A stretch of 64,000 nucleotides of DNA from an uncultured Candidatus Saccharibacteria bacterium (lineage in GTDB: Bacteria; Patescibacteriota; Minisyncoccia; UBA6257; UBA9933): positions 899-64,898 of the forward strand of contig CAZXNT010000003.1 of the NCBI GenBank assembly GCA_964642155.1. Reading direction: 5' to 3'. The notes under the pieces are model-generated. The model made no database searches. It was not told the origin of the DNA and saw only the letters and a list, made by a program, of their open reading frames with translations. This document shows, in pieces, positions 29,782-37,979 of the stretch. Made by a program: the position numbers and the translations under genes. How positions within the stretch are numbered: the stretch's first letter is position 1; each line of letters begins with the position of its first letter.

Positions 29782-31587
29782 CTAAGTTTTTAACTTGCGG
29801 AGACGGAAAACGAACCTGCGGTTGCCACTCCACCTGAGCGAGGGCCTGGCAATGTCGTCGTGAAGCCACAAGCCAACAGCACCCCTGAGGAGGTAGAACA
29901 CGTACGGAAAGCCATCGCGGGCGGTAATTTGCTTCATGGCGATTAATATGTAATCAGGAGTGGAATTTTGGAGGCGGAGGTTGGGGCCGGTGTCTTGCGG
30001 GCAAAGTTCCAGACCGAGTTCTTCGGATCTTTGGTAGATTTCATCAGTGGTGGCGCCGTTGGGAAAGCCGAGGTCTTTAACGGTTAAGCGAACGAGATTG
30101 AGATGTTCTTTTTTTGAGACGGTGATTTTTTTCAGCATATCCATAGCATAATCGGAGATCTTGATGTTTTTTTCTCTCAGCTCTTTTTCCAGCTGGCTTC
30201 CGTCTTTTCCCTCCAGTTCCGCTTCCATTTTCTTTACCATTCCTTCAGGAAAAGAAGTGCCGATATGTTCCAAGTTTAATTGGAATACGCCCTTGAAGAG
30301 AGGGCCGATGTAGGCCTTGGTGTTTTTGCTGATTTCTTTTTGATTGAAAACGATTTGATTTGGTTCGCATTCAAAGACAATCGGCGCGTCTTCTTGGGGA
30401 TTTCTGGCTTTGATGATTTCGGTAATGCGGGGGTCTCTTTGATAGCCGAAACCTTCTATTGGTTCGTTGATTTCATAAAGGAAGATGAGGTCTTCTTTGG
30501 TGAGCGGTTCTTTCTTTTTGGTTTTGTTGTCTATGGCGGTGAGGAACTTCATGTCGGCGGATTTTTTCTCATACGCCTTGCCGTCGGGAAATTCGGAAAG
30601 TTTGTTTTTAACAACATCATTGATATGCGGATCAAGATTTTGTTCGTGGGCAATGCCACGGATTTCGGCGATGTCCCCGCCCTGCATTCTGATGGCGGCT
30701 CTGGGAATATTCGGCTTTCCGTTTTCGTCGTAAGAGTAGTAGACGTAAAAATCTCCGGCCTGAAGCTGCGCCTCAGCTGTTGATTCTCCGGCCGTGCACC
30801 AGCCAGTGCCATGCCCTTGAAGAGAATTGACGAGAGGCATATGGTCTTTTCCTTGGCGATATTTTACCCATTCGCCTTTAGTATTAGCGAGAACTTCCTC
30901 GGAAGCCAGAGTGACTTTATCTATGGCGAAGGCGTAGAGCTTGGCGAAGTTTTCTCCTTGGAGAAGTTTTTGGAATTCGGGGTCTTGTGGCTGGATTTTT
31001 CTTTGATATTTCTTTTCAATGGCGTCAAGAACATAAGCCAGCGCCTCGCGATTGATATCGGGAAAAGGTTTGGTTGTGCCTTTGGAGCGTTTAGTAAATT
31101 GTTTCTTTTCTTTGTCGTAGTCGCCCATGTCGAGAATACTGCGGAAAGCGTAATATTTCAGCCAATCGGGATAGATGGCGTCATTTGAGGAAAGATAATC
31201 AATCCAGTTATCAAGCGAACTTTTTTGGTCGGTGATTATAACTTCGGTTAATTGCTTCCGCATTTCTTCGGATATTTCAATCTCGCCATAGCCTTGTTCG
31301 CGGGCGAGACGCCTTTGATTTTCAAAATATGCTTCGGGGACTTCTTCTTCTTTTATTACGAATTTATCGTGAAGAATGTGTTTTAACGCTTCAACGCCCC
31401 GCTCGCGCTTAGCCGGCTCTTTGCGCTCGATAATTTCCGTAAAGCGATCCAGATAGTTTTGGATTTTGGTTTCGGGGTCTTGCGGAACTTTTTCGCCTGT
31501 GCGTTTTTCTGTACGCTTCGTCGCCGACTCCACTTCCGGAGCGTTATGCAAATCGTATTTCTTTTTGAGAAAGTCTGGTTGTTCCAT
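29782..31587 (-). CDS. DGR target protein with C-terminal variable region
   Basis: 601 aa, no signal peptide; GHGTGWCTAG core; C-terminus GLELCP...ITARDG...FVFRLRK contains the VR. Confidence 0.9.
   Translation of the reverse strand: MEQPDFLKKKYDLHNAPEVESATKRTEKRTGEKVPQDPETKIQNYLDRFTEIIERKEPAKRERGVEALKHILHDKFVIKEEEVPEAYFENQRRLAREQGYGEIEISEEMRKQLTEVIITDQKSSLDNWIDYLSSNDAIYPDWLKYYAFRSILDMGDYDKEKKQFTKRSKGTTKPFPDINREALAYVLDAIEKKYQRKIQPQDPEFQKLLQGENFAKLYAFAIDKVTLASEEVLANTKGEWVKYRQGKDHMPLVNSLQGHGTGWCTAGESTAEAQLQAGDFYVYYSYDENGKPNIPRAAIRMQGGDIAEIRGIAHEQNLDPHINDVVKNKLSEFPDGKAYEKKSADMKFLTAIDNKTKKKEPLTKEDLIFLYEINEPIEGFGYQRDPRITEIIKARNPQEDAPIVFECEPNQIVFNQKEISKNTKAYIGPLFKGVFQLNLEHIGTSFPEGMVKKMEAELEGKDGSQLEKELREKNIKISDYAMDMLKKITVSKKEHLNLVRLTVKDLGFPNGATTDEIYQRSEELGLELCPQDTGPNLRLQNSTPDYILIAMKQITARDGFPYVFYLLRGAVGLWLHDDIARPSLRWSGNRRFVFRLRKLKT
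29793..29928 (-). repeat. DGR variable repeat (VR)
   Basis: Offset 463 from TR; substitutions A>T 9, A>G 8, A>C 6. Confidence 0.97.
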
Positions 31588-31649
31588 ATTGTTATTTTAT
31601 TACATAAAATTTACTATTTGTCAAACACAAAAATTCGGCACCTAAAATT

Positions 31650-32216
31650 TTATCCGCAAAGTTCCCTGATTATTTCATCAACCCGATTATGAAGTTCTTC
31701 AATCGAACCGTTGTTATCAATAATATAATCGGCGTTGTTTCTTAACCCTTTAATCTGAATCTCTGATTCTTGTTCAAGTTCTTTTTTAAATTGTTCAAAA
31801 GTTTTTGTATTATCGTCTGAATTTTCGCCACGAACTGAAATTCTTTTATATCTTTTCTCGACATCCGCCTCAATATAAATAAGCTTAAACCCCGGAAGGT
31901 CTTTTAAAAATTTTATATCCGACAATCTTCTTACGCCATCTATCACCAATATTTCATCTTCGCTGTTTTTCGCTTCTTTCGCTATGACCAACGACAAAAT
32001 ATCTTGGCCGAAATTATCACGCAATAAAGTAGAAAGTTTTTGCAAATTTTCGCGCGTCTCTCCCAAATAAAGCCTGTTTAAAATATCCCTGAGAATTGTT
32101 GAAAATCTAAAATTCTTACCATTATGATTTTTAACGATAAAATCCGTAACCGTTCCTTTGCCGCTCGCCATTTCGCCGGCTAATCCAAGAATTATTTTAT
32201 TCTTACATATCGTCAT
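31650..32216 (-). CDS. P-loop nucleotide kinase (dephospho-CoA / dNMP kinase-like)
   Basis: GEMASGKGT, VIDGVR, DYIIDNNG. Confidence 0.75.
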   Translation of the reverse strand: MTICKNKIILGLAGEMASGKGTVTDFIVKNHNGKNFRFSTILRDILNRLYLGETRENLQKLSTLLRDNFGQDILSLVIAKEAKNSEDEILVIDGVRRLSDIKFLKDLPGFKLIYIEADVEKRYKRISVRGENSDDNTKTFEQFKKELEQESEIQIKGLRNNADYIIDNNGSIEELHNRVDEIIRELCG

Positions 32217-32691
32217 ATTTCTGAATTTCATTATTTACCAAAACATACTCAACTTCCGCTTCCTTAAAAATTTCCTTGCTTCTTCCGCCAGCATGATAAT
32301 CCTTGGCGCAAACCACTTTTTTTATTCCTGAATTAATAATCATTTTCGCGCACGTATAACATGGAGTCATATTGCAATATAAAGTCGCGCCGTTAAGCGC
32401 CACTCCGAATCGCGCCGAATTAGCAATGGCATTTTGTTCCGCGTGGGCAGTCCTGATACAATGACGGGTTTGTGTCCCGTCCTCATGAATAACCGAATGC
32501 ATTTCATGCCCGGCATCATCGCAATGTTTCGCTCCAATCGGAGAACCGACATAACCGGTAGTCAAAATTCTTTTATCTTTAACAATAACGCAACCGGCTC
32601 TTCCTCTATCGCAAGTCGCGCGAGTGCTGATTACTTGAATAAGATTTAAAAAATATTCATCCCAAGAAGGACGCTGATGTTTTGTATCCAT
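32203..32691 (-). CDS. dCMP deaminase (ComEB-like)
   Basis: RPSWDEYF, RATC.R, HAEQNAI, PCYTC. Confidence 0.9.
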   Translation of the reverse strand: MDTKHQRPSWDEYFLNLIQVISTRATCDRGRAGCVIVKDKRILTTGYVGSPIGAKHCDDAGHEMHSVIHEDGTQTRHCIRTAHAEQNAIANSARFGVALNGATLYCNMTPCYTCAKMIINSGIKKVVCAKDYHAGGRSKEIFKEAEVEYVLVNNEIQKYDDM

Positions 32692-32730
32692 ATTGATATA
32701 ATAAAACAAATAATAACTATTTTCAATAAA

Positions 32731-34233
32731 TTAAAAATCAAGTGATTTATCTTGAACATAAGACAAACCTTTTTTCAGCGCTATTTCCGCTTTTTGAAGT
32801 TCTGCGCCAACATCAAGCAAATGGTCCGGCCGGCTCAAAATCTCCAATTGAGCGATTTTTTTCATTATTTCCTTGGCGGTTTTAGCGTTAAAGCTCAATA
32901 ACTCCTCTCCTTGCGGTCCCTGAAAAACAGCCGAGATTTCTTCATTCTTCACATTAATCACCAGATATCCCCTTGGGTCTCTTTGAGTTTTCTCATCAAA
33001 AATCAAATTTGGCTCCCTTTCCCAAAACGCGCACTTCACCAATTGAGAAGCATTATTCCAATCTTGCTCATAAATATGAGCTGATTCAGAAGTAATTTTA
33101 AGTTGTCCCAATTCAAAACCCAATTCCTGACTTACCTTTTTTTGCAAAGTCCGCAAACCAAAAGCATTCGGAATCGCGCCCTTGAAAATATCATGGCTTC
33201 TAACCGTCGCTAAAAAATGAAGCTTGCCATTGCTTTGAAGCGCCTGTATCTGAGTGATGCATGGTGACTCTTTTGAAAAAGCATCAATTTCCGGCACCAA
33301 TGTTGTCGCCACGGCGCGCCGTGAATCCGGAGAATCTCTAAGCTGTTTAATAATTACCTCTTTAATCTGATCCAAATTTCCATCACTTAGAGGATATTTC
33401 ATCAAACGATTTCCATAAGTATAAGAGATTCCGGCGGGCGGTTCTGGCGATAAAAAAACCGAATAGTATTCTTTAAGGTCTTTTTCAATCGCACCCGTAA
33501 CTTTTTGCAATTCTTCCGGCCATTCTAAGACCAATGACAAGTCCGGTTCATCCGGGTCTTCATCACTTATCACCCAAGTTACTCCAATCAATTCCCTTTG
33601 TTGATAACCATATTGTGTTCCTTTAATCAAACCGTATCTCATAATTCTTTCAACCACTCTTAACCATGCTTCAACGATTGTTTTCCCGCGCACCAACCAA
33701 CCGACTTCTTCCGAAGGAAATGTTTCCACCTCTTCTAAAATAGCGTCAGAAAATTTTATTGGCTCCATATATGATTCGCCGGCTATCTTTGTATCTTTAA
33801 TATATTTTTCCGCTTCTTCAAATGAAAGATGGCTTATGTCAATCAACTCAACGTTACTGATAATCTTTTTCACAATTTCTATATCAATTTCTTTTTCCAG
33901 TTTGAATTTTGTGCCCTTTACGAAACCGTCAGAATCAATACCTTCTTTCCAGATTTTTTCAATTAACGATTTTCCCATTAAACCGAATTGAGTGTTGGAA
34001 AGCCCGCCGTTGCCCCAGATAAAAAATTTTCTAATCTGAGGATTTAAGGCCAAGTTGCGGAAAATTACATTAACTCCGGAACGACTATAAAGCGTGCCCA
34101 AAATTGCGGTTTTTTCCTGCAAAACTTTGGATTTATTAAAAACCGCCTCAGCTTCATTCCAAATAGTGCAAAAGCCTAAAGATTTCCCGCTTCCTAAAAA
34201 CACTTTGTATTTTTCCGGCTGATAAAGATTCAT
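32731..34233 (-). CDS. Thymidylate synthase-like protein with MtrA-like N-terminal and DUF4346-like C-terminal domains
   Basis: YTYG.RL, SRRAV, PCI, RSHD...AIPN; GTLYS..G.N...RNL..NP.IR; DPRGY...H....G.ELQKAE. Confidence 0.75.
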   Translation of the reverse strand: MNLYQPEKYKVFLGSGKSLGFCTIWNEAEAVFNKSKVLQEKTAILGTLYSRSGVNVIFRNLALNPQIRKFFIWGNGGLSNTQFGLMGKSLIEKIWKEGIDSDGFVKGTKFKLEKEIDIEIVKKIISNVELIDISHLSFEEAEKYIKDTKIAGESYMEPIKFSDAILEEVETFPSEEVGWLVRGKTIVEAWLRVVERIMRYGLIKGTQYGYQQRELIGVTWVISDEDPDEPDLSLVLEWPEELQKVTGAIEKDLKEYYSVFLSPEPPAGISYTYGNRLMKYPLSDGNLDQIKEVIIKQLRDSPDSRRAVATTLVPEIDAFSKESPCITQIQALQSNGKLHFLATVRSHDIFKGAIPNAFGLRTLQKKVSQELGFELGQLKITSESAHIYEQDWNNASQLVKCAFWEREPNLIFDEKTQRDPRGYLVINVKNEEISAVFQGPQGEELLSFNAKTAKEIMKKIAQLEILSRPDHLLDVGAELQKAEIALKKGLSYVQDKSLDF

Positions 34234-34847
34234 AAATTTTTCTCCACCTCCTTTTTTATAGATTCAAAAACTTTTACTATCGACCTATTGCCGTCAATGA
34301 TAATTATTTTTTCGTCCGGTAAAACCTCCGGAAGCATAAGAAAATTACGGCGCGCCTCTTCTTGAAATTCTTTTTGTTCAAAAACTTCTTTATGAGATCT
34401 ATTGCTGTCTTTTACAACGCGTTCAAGAGCCACATCAACCGGCGTATCAATAATTATCGCTAAATCCGGCGCTAAAATTCCTTTGTGCATTTCAAAAATT
34501 TTTTCAAAAGAGACTCCTTGAATTTTCTGATAAACCAACGTTACATATTTATACCTGTCGCAAACAACATGAATGCCGCTATTCAAAAAATCGCCAATTA
34601 ATTCCACGTGAACCTTTCTGTCTTTAACAAATAATTCCGCTAAAAGTTCGGCATTATCTTTAGGATTAATGCCTTCTTTTAAAAGCCGCCTTATTTCCGC
34701 GTAATATTCGCTATTATACGGCTCTCTGGTTAAAAAAATATGGTTTTTCTTATCACTGTCAAAAATAAAATCCACTAGTAATTTTATTTGCGTTCCCTTG
34801 CCACAACCGTCAATTCCGTCTATTACTATAAATTTTCCTTTTTTCAT
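34230..34847 (-). CDS. tmk: Thymidylate kinase
   Basis: FIVIDGIDGCGKGTQ, TREP, CDRY, PDL. Confidence 0.9.
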   Translation of the reverse strand: MKKGKFIVIDGIDGCGKGTQIKLLVDFIFDSDKKNHIFLTREPYNSEYYAEIRRLLKEGINPKDNAELLAELFVKDRKVHVELIGDFLNSGIHVVCDRYKYVTLVYQKIQGVSFEKIFEMHKGILAPDLAIIIDTPVDVALERVVKDSNRSHKEVFEQKEFQEEARRNFLMLPEVLPDEKIIIIDGNRSIVKVFESIKKEVEKNL

Positions 34848-36067
34848 ATTTTTTGAATTTCCAAAATTCTGTTATATTTCGCCAATCTTTCCGGTTTTGC
34901 CGGCGCGCCGGCTTTAATGCCCCAAGCGTTAATGGCAACGCTTAAATCCGCGATAAAATCGTCCATTGTTTCGCCACTCCGATGGCTCACCACCGCCTGC
35001 CAATTATTTTCATAAGCCATTTTTACGACATTTAATGTTTCCGTAAGCGTGCCGATTTGATTCGGTTTTATTAAAATCGCATTGCCGGATTTTTTCTCTA
35101 TCGCGGTTTTTAGACGTTCAGAATTGGTAGTCGTCAAATCATCCGTGATAATTAAAAAATCGTCCGCTGCTATCCTATGGGATAGCACGGAAAAATCATT
35201 AAAAGATTCTTCATAAAACGGGTCTTCAATTGAAATAATATTATAAGCGTCAATCAGTTTTAAATAATAATCTTTCAATTCCTCTGCTGAATATTTCTTG
35301 CCGTTTATTAAATAATATCCATCTTTACCCTCCTTCGCTAAAGCTTCGGCGGGCACGTAAAATTGAGTTGCCGCAACGTCTAACCCAATTTTTAATGGGT
35401 ATTTATATTTTTCAATCAAATCCGCCAAAATTTCAAGCGCCTCTTCATTATTTCTGAACGGCGCGGAAAATCCGGCCTCGTCGCCCAAAAAAATATTTTC
35501 CTTGCCGAATTTATTTTCCAAAAATTCTTGTAATTTGCGATAAAATTCTTTGCCAATGCTTAAGGCGATGCCGAAATCATCCACCGTTGGTATAACTTGA
35601 AATTCCTGAAACTCAAGCTTATTTTGAGCATGCGCCCCGCCATTGATAACGTTGAAAATCGGCTTTGGTGTTCCTAATTTCTGATTATTAATTCCTAATT
35701 CCTTATTTATATATTGGAAAAGTTCCTTCCCCTCACTTTTTGTTTTCAATCGCGCGAAGGCCAAGGACAAAGATAAAATCAAATTACCGCCCAAACTGCT
35801 TTTATTTTCCGTGCCGTCCAAAGAAATTAAAAAATTGTCGAATTCTTTCTGGCTTTGAAAATCTTTTTCCAATATCTTATTTCTAATTTCTTCAAATTTT
35901 TCTAACGCCTTTTTCGGTTCCAAAACGAATGCTTCGTGCGCACCCGTGCTTTTTCCGGCCGGCACGCTGGCAATTGCCGAAAATTCGCCGCTTTTCAATT
36001 CCGCTTCTAAAGTTTCTTTACCGCGAGAATCTAAAATGATTTTTAAATTGACATTAATAATTTTCAT
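34844..36067 (-). CDS. eno: Enolase
   Basis: ILDSRG, P.G.STG.HEA, FQEF, LIKPNQIGTLTE, SHRSGET, ERLAKYN. Confidence 0.95.
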   Translation of the reverse strand: MKIINVNLKIILDSRGKETLEAELKSGEFSAIASVPAGKSTGAHEAFVLEPKKALEKFEEIRNKILEKDFQSQKEFDNFLISLDGTENKSSLGGNLILSLSLAFARLKTKSEGKELFQYINKELGINNQKLGTPKPIFNVINGGAHAQNKLEFQEFQVIPTVDDFGIALSIGKEFYRKLQEFLENKFGKENIFLGDEAGFSAPFRNNEEALEILADLIEKYKYPLKIGLDVAATQFYVPAEALAKEGKDGYYLINGKKYSAEELKDYYLKLIDAYNIISIEDPFYEESFNDFSVLSHRIAADDFLIITDDLTTTNSERLKTAIEKKSGNAILIKPNQIGTLTETLNVVKMAYENNWQAVVSHRSGETMDDFIADLSVAINAWGIKAGAPAKPERLAKYNRILEIQKI

Positions 36068-36085
36068 TTCTAATTCTAAATCCAA

Positions 36086-36129
36086 ATAAAAACATTCTAA
36101 CATTCTTGAGAATGTTAGAATGTTTTTAT
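36086..36129. repeat. Palindrome family B, site 1 (overlaps wHTH stop codon)
   Basis: ATAAAAACATTCTAACATTCT-TG-AGAATGTTAGAATGTTTTTAT, 21-bp arms. Confidence 0.92.
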
Positions 36130-36381
36130 AAAACTTATAAATCTTTTGCCGTAAGGCGAAAGTGTGTGAATTACTTGCCTGCCTTTGTATTTTTTATTTA
36201 AAAGCCCGGCTTGAACTAACCGCCTGGTATGTTGAGATATTGTCTTAAAATTACAACCTAAATCCTTAGATATTCCGTCTAAGGAAACGCCCTCTAATCT
36301 ATTTACTAACAATAAAATTTCAATCCTCCTATGGTTAGCCGCGCCCTTAAAATACCTTTCCAGTTGTTTTGCCGTTTTCAT
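36115..36381 (-). CDS. ArsR-like winged-HTH protein #2
   Basis: FKGAANHRRIEIL, NFKTISQH.RRL..AGLL. Confidence 0.85.
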   Translation of the reverse strand: MKTAKQLERYFKGAANHRRIEILLLVNRLEGVSLDGISKDLGCNFKTISQHTRRLVQAGLLNKKYKGRQVIHTLSPYGKRFISFIKTF

Positions 36382-36409
36382 ATTTTTATTTTTATATTTT
36401 ATATACTAT

Positions 36410-36449
36410 CACAACATTCTAACATTCTCAAGAATGTTAGAATGTTGTG
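36410..36449. repeat. Palindrome family B, site 2
   Basis: CACAACATTCTAACATTCT-CA-AGAATGTTAGAATGTTGTG, 19-bp arms. Confidence 0.92.
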
Positions 36450-36695
36450 TATTGAAATTCAATCATTAATTATTTGTGTAATGTTCTCAGTTTTATGGCC
36501 GTATTAAAATCTCCCCCGATTGATTGCTTTATAATATCTGTCTTTTTGGTATCCCGCTTTTTCCATTTTTTGGTTGGCTTGCATAAACCGCAAGTAGATT
36601 TTTTTTTCGCATATTTTTTTAATTAAATAATTTTATTTTAAATCAATTCTTCTTTTATAATTTCAAAAATTTTCTGGTGGCTCTATAATTTTGAA

Positions 36696-37376
36696 TCAAA
36701 ATGTCTTTAAGATAAAATCTTTAACCTTCCGGAAAATGTATTCGTGACCCTCATCATTAGGATGCACCCCGTCAGCAAGCATCTTTTTATAATCAATCTT
36801 CCGCCACGCTTCAAAAATATGAATTACTTTTGCGCCATTTTTTCTTGCCACTTTATTAAGCATTTTATTAAAGTGCGTAATTTTTTTATTATCGTAAAAA
36901 CATTTTTTGTTCCAAATAACGGGTTTTGTAAATCTTTCGTCAACCGGTGCGACTTCCAAAAAGAATATTTTATTGGAAAATCTTTTAGCTCGTTTAATTA
37001 TTTCATCAATATTTCTTTCTGATTCTTTTATATTTAGAAAGGCTGTGTCATTTTTGCCTATTTGAAAGATAAATATTTCTTCGGTGGTGTTCCAAACCAT
37101 TCTTTTTTTTGCTTCAAATTCAAATCTTTCTAAAATTCTCTTGGTTGTATCGTCAGTTATACCAAGAGGATAAACCATATAATAAAAACTGTGCTTGGGA
37201 AACTTAGGAGATATTGTCATCCATTCATCAAAATATTGCTTTAATCTTGTAGCCCAACCTCCTTTACTATCCCAAAACCCTTGAGTATTACTATCGCCAA
37301 AAATGAAAAAGTCCTTTTCAGAATTTCCCTTTAATTTCCTTATTTCTTTCGTTTGCGCGGTAGTTTTAATAGTCAC
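36696..37376 (-). CDS. SGNH/GDSL hydrolase
   Basis: FGDS, G.ND, DGVHP. Confidence 0.85.
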   Translation of the reverse strand: MTIKTTAQTKEIRKLKGNSEKDFFIFGDSNTQGFWDSKGGWATRLKQYFDEWMTISPKFPKHSFYYMVYPLGITDDTTKRILERFEFEAKKRMVWNTTEEIFIFQIGKNDTAFLNIKESERNIDEIIKRAKRFSNKIFFLEVAPVDERFTKPVIWNKKCFYDNKKITHFNKMLNKVARKNGAKVIHIFEAWRKIDYKKMLADGVHPNDEGHEYIFRKVKDFILKTF

Positions 37377-37405
37377 TTTAATTTACTGAAAATTCTTAAA
37401 CTAAT

Positions 37406-37972
37406 TTATTTTTTAACTTTAAACATTTTTCCGTGCCCCGGGATTATCCAATCCGCCAACTCTAATATTTTTTTCCTGCTTTCTTTTAACTTTTTATTAT
37501 CGCTGGCATACGGGTCGTTTTCTGGAAAATTTTCTTTCCAAAATAAATCGCCGCAAATAGCAATAACGCCTTTATTCGTTTTTACCAAAAGAGTAATATG
37601 GTCGTAATTATGACCCGGCGTTTTTATTATTTGGATATCATCCGTAAAATCTTTTTTCCAATCTTCAACAGTATTTTTGTCCCAAAGCCCAAAATATTCC
37701 AAAGTTTTTGCCCTTGGAAACATTCCTATATTCCGATAATGGTCAATATGAGAATGAGTAATACAAACGACATTCACATCGTCTATGGTTAATCCTTCCT
37801 CTTTTAATCTATTAACGAGAATGTTTTGATCTTCTAATACGCCCGGGTCAACAACCATCGCAATATCTTTATCTCTTACTAAAATAATCGTGGCGCAAGT
37901 TTTCTCTTCGCCGCTTGACGCTCCTGCATCGTCAGTTGTATAGCCCTCTACTAAAATTTTAACTTCTGCCAT
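37406..37972 (-). CDS. MBL-fold metallo-hydrolase
   Basis: VDPG, THSHIDH, TPGH, GD, IPGHG. Confidence 0.88.
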   Translation of the reverse strand: MAEVKILVEGYTTDDAGASSGEEKTCATIILVRDKDIAMVVDPGVLEDQNILVNRLKEEGLTIDDVNVVCITHSHIDHYRNIGMFPRAKTLEYFGLWDKNTVEDWKKDFTDDIQIIKTPGHNYDHITLLVKTNKGVIAICGDLFWKENFPENDPYASDNKKLKESRKKILELADWIIPGHGKMFKVKK

Positions 37973-37979
37973 AAAATTT

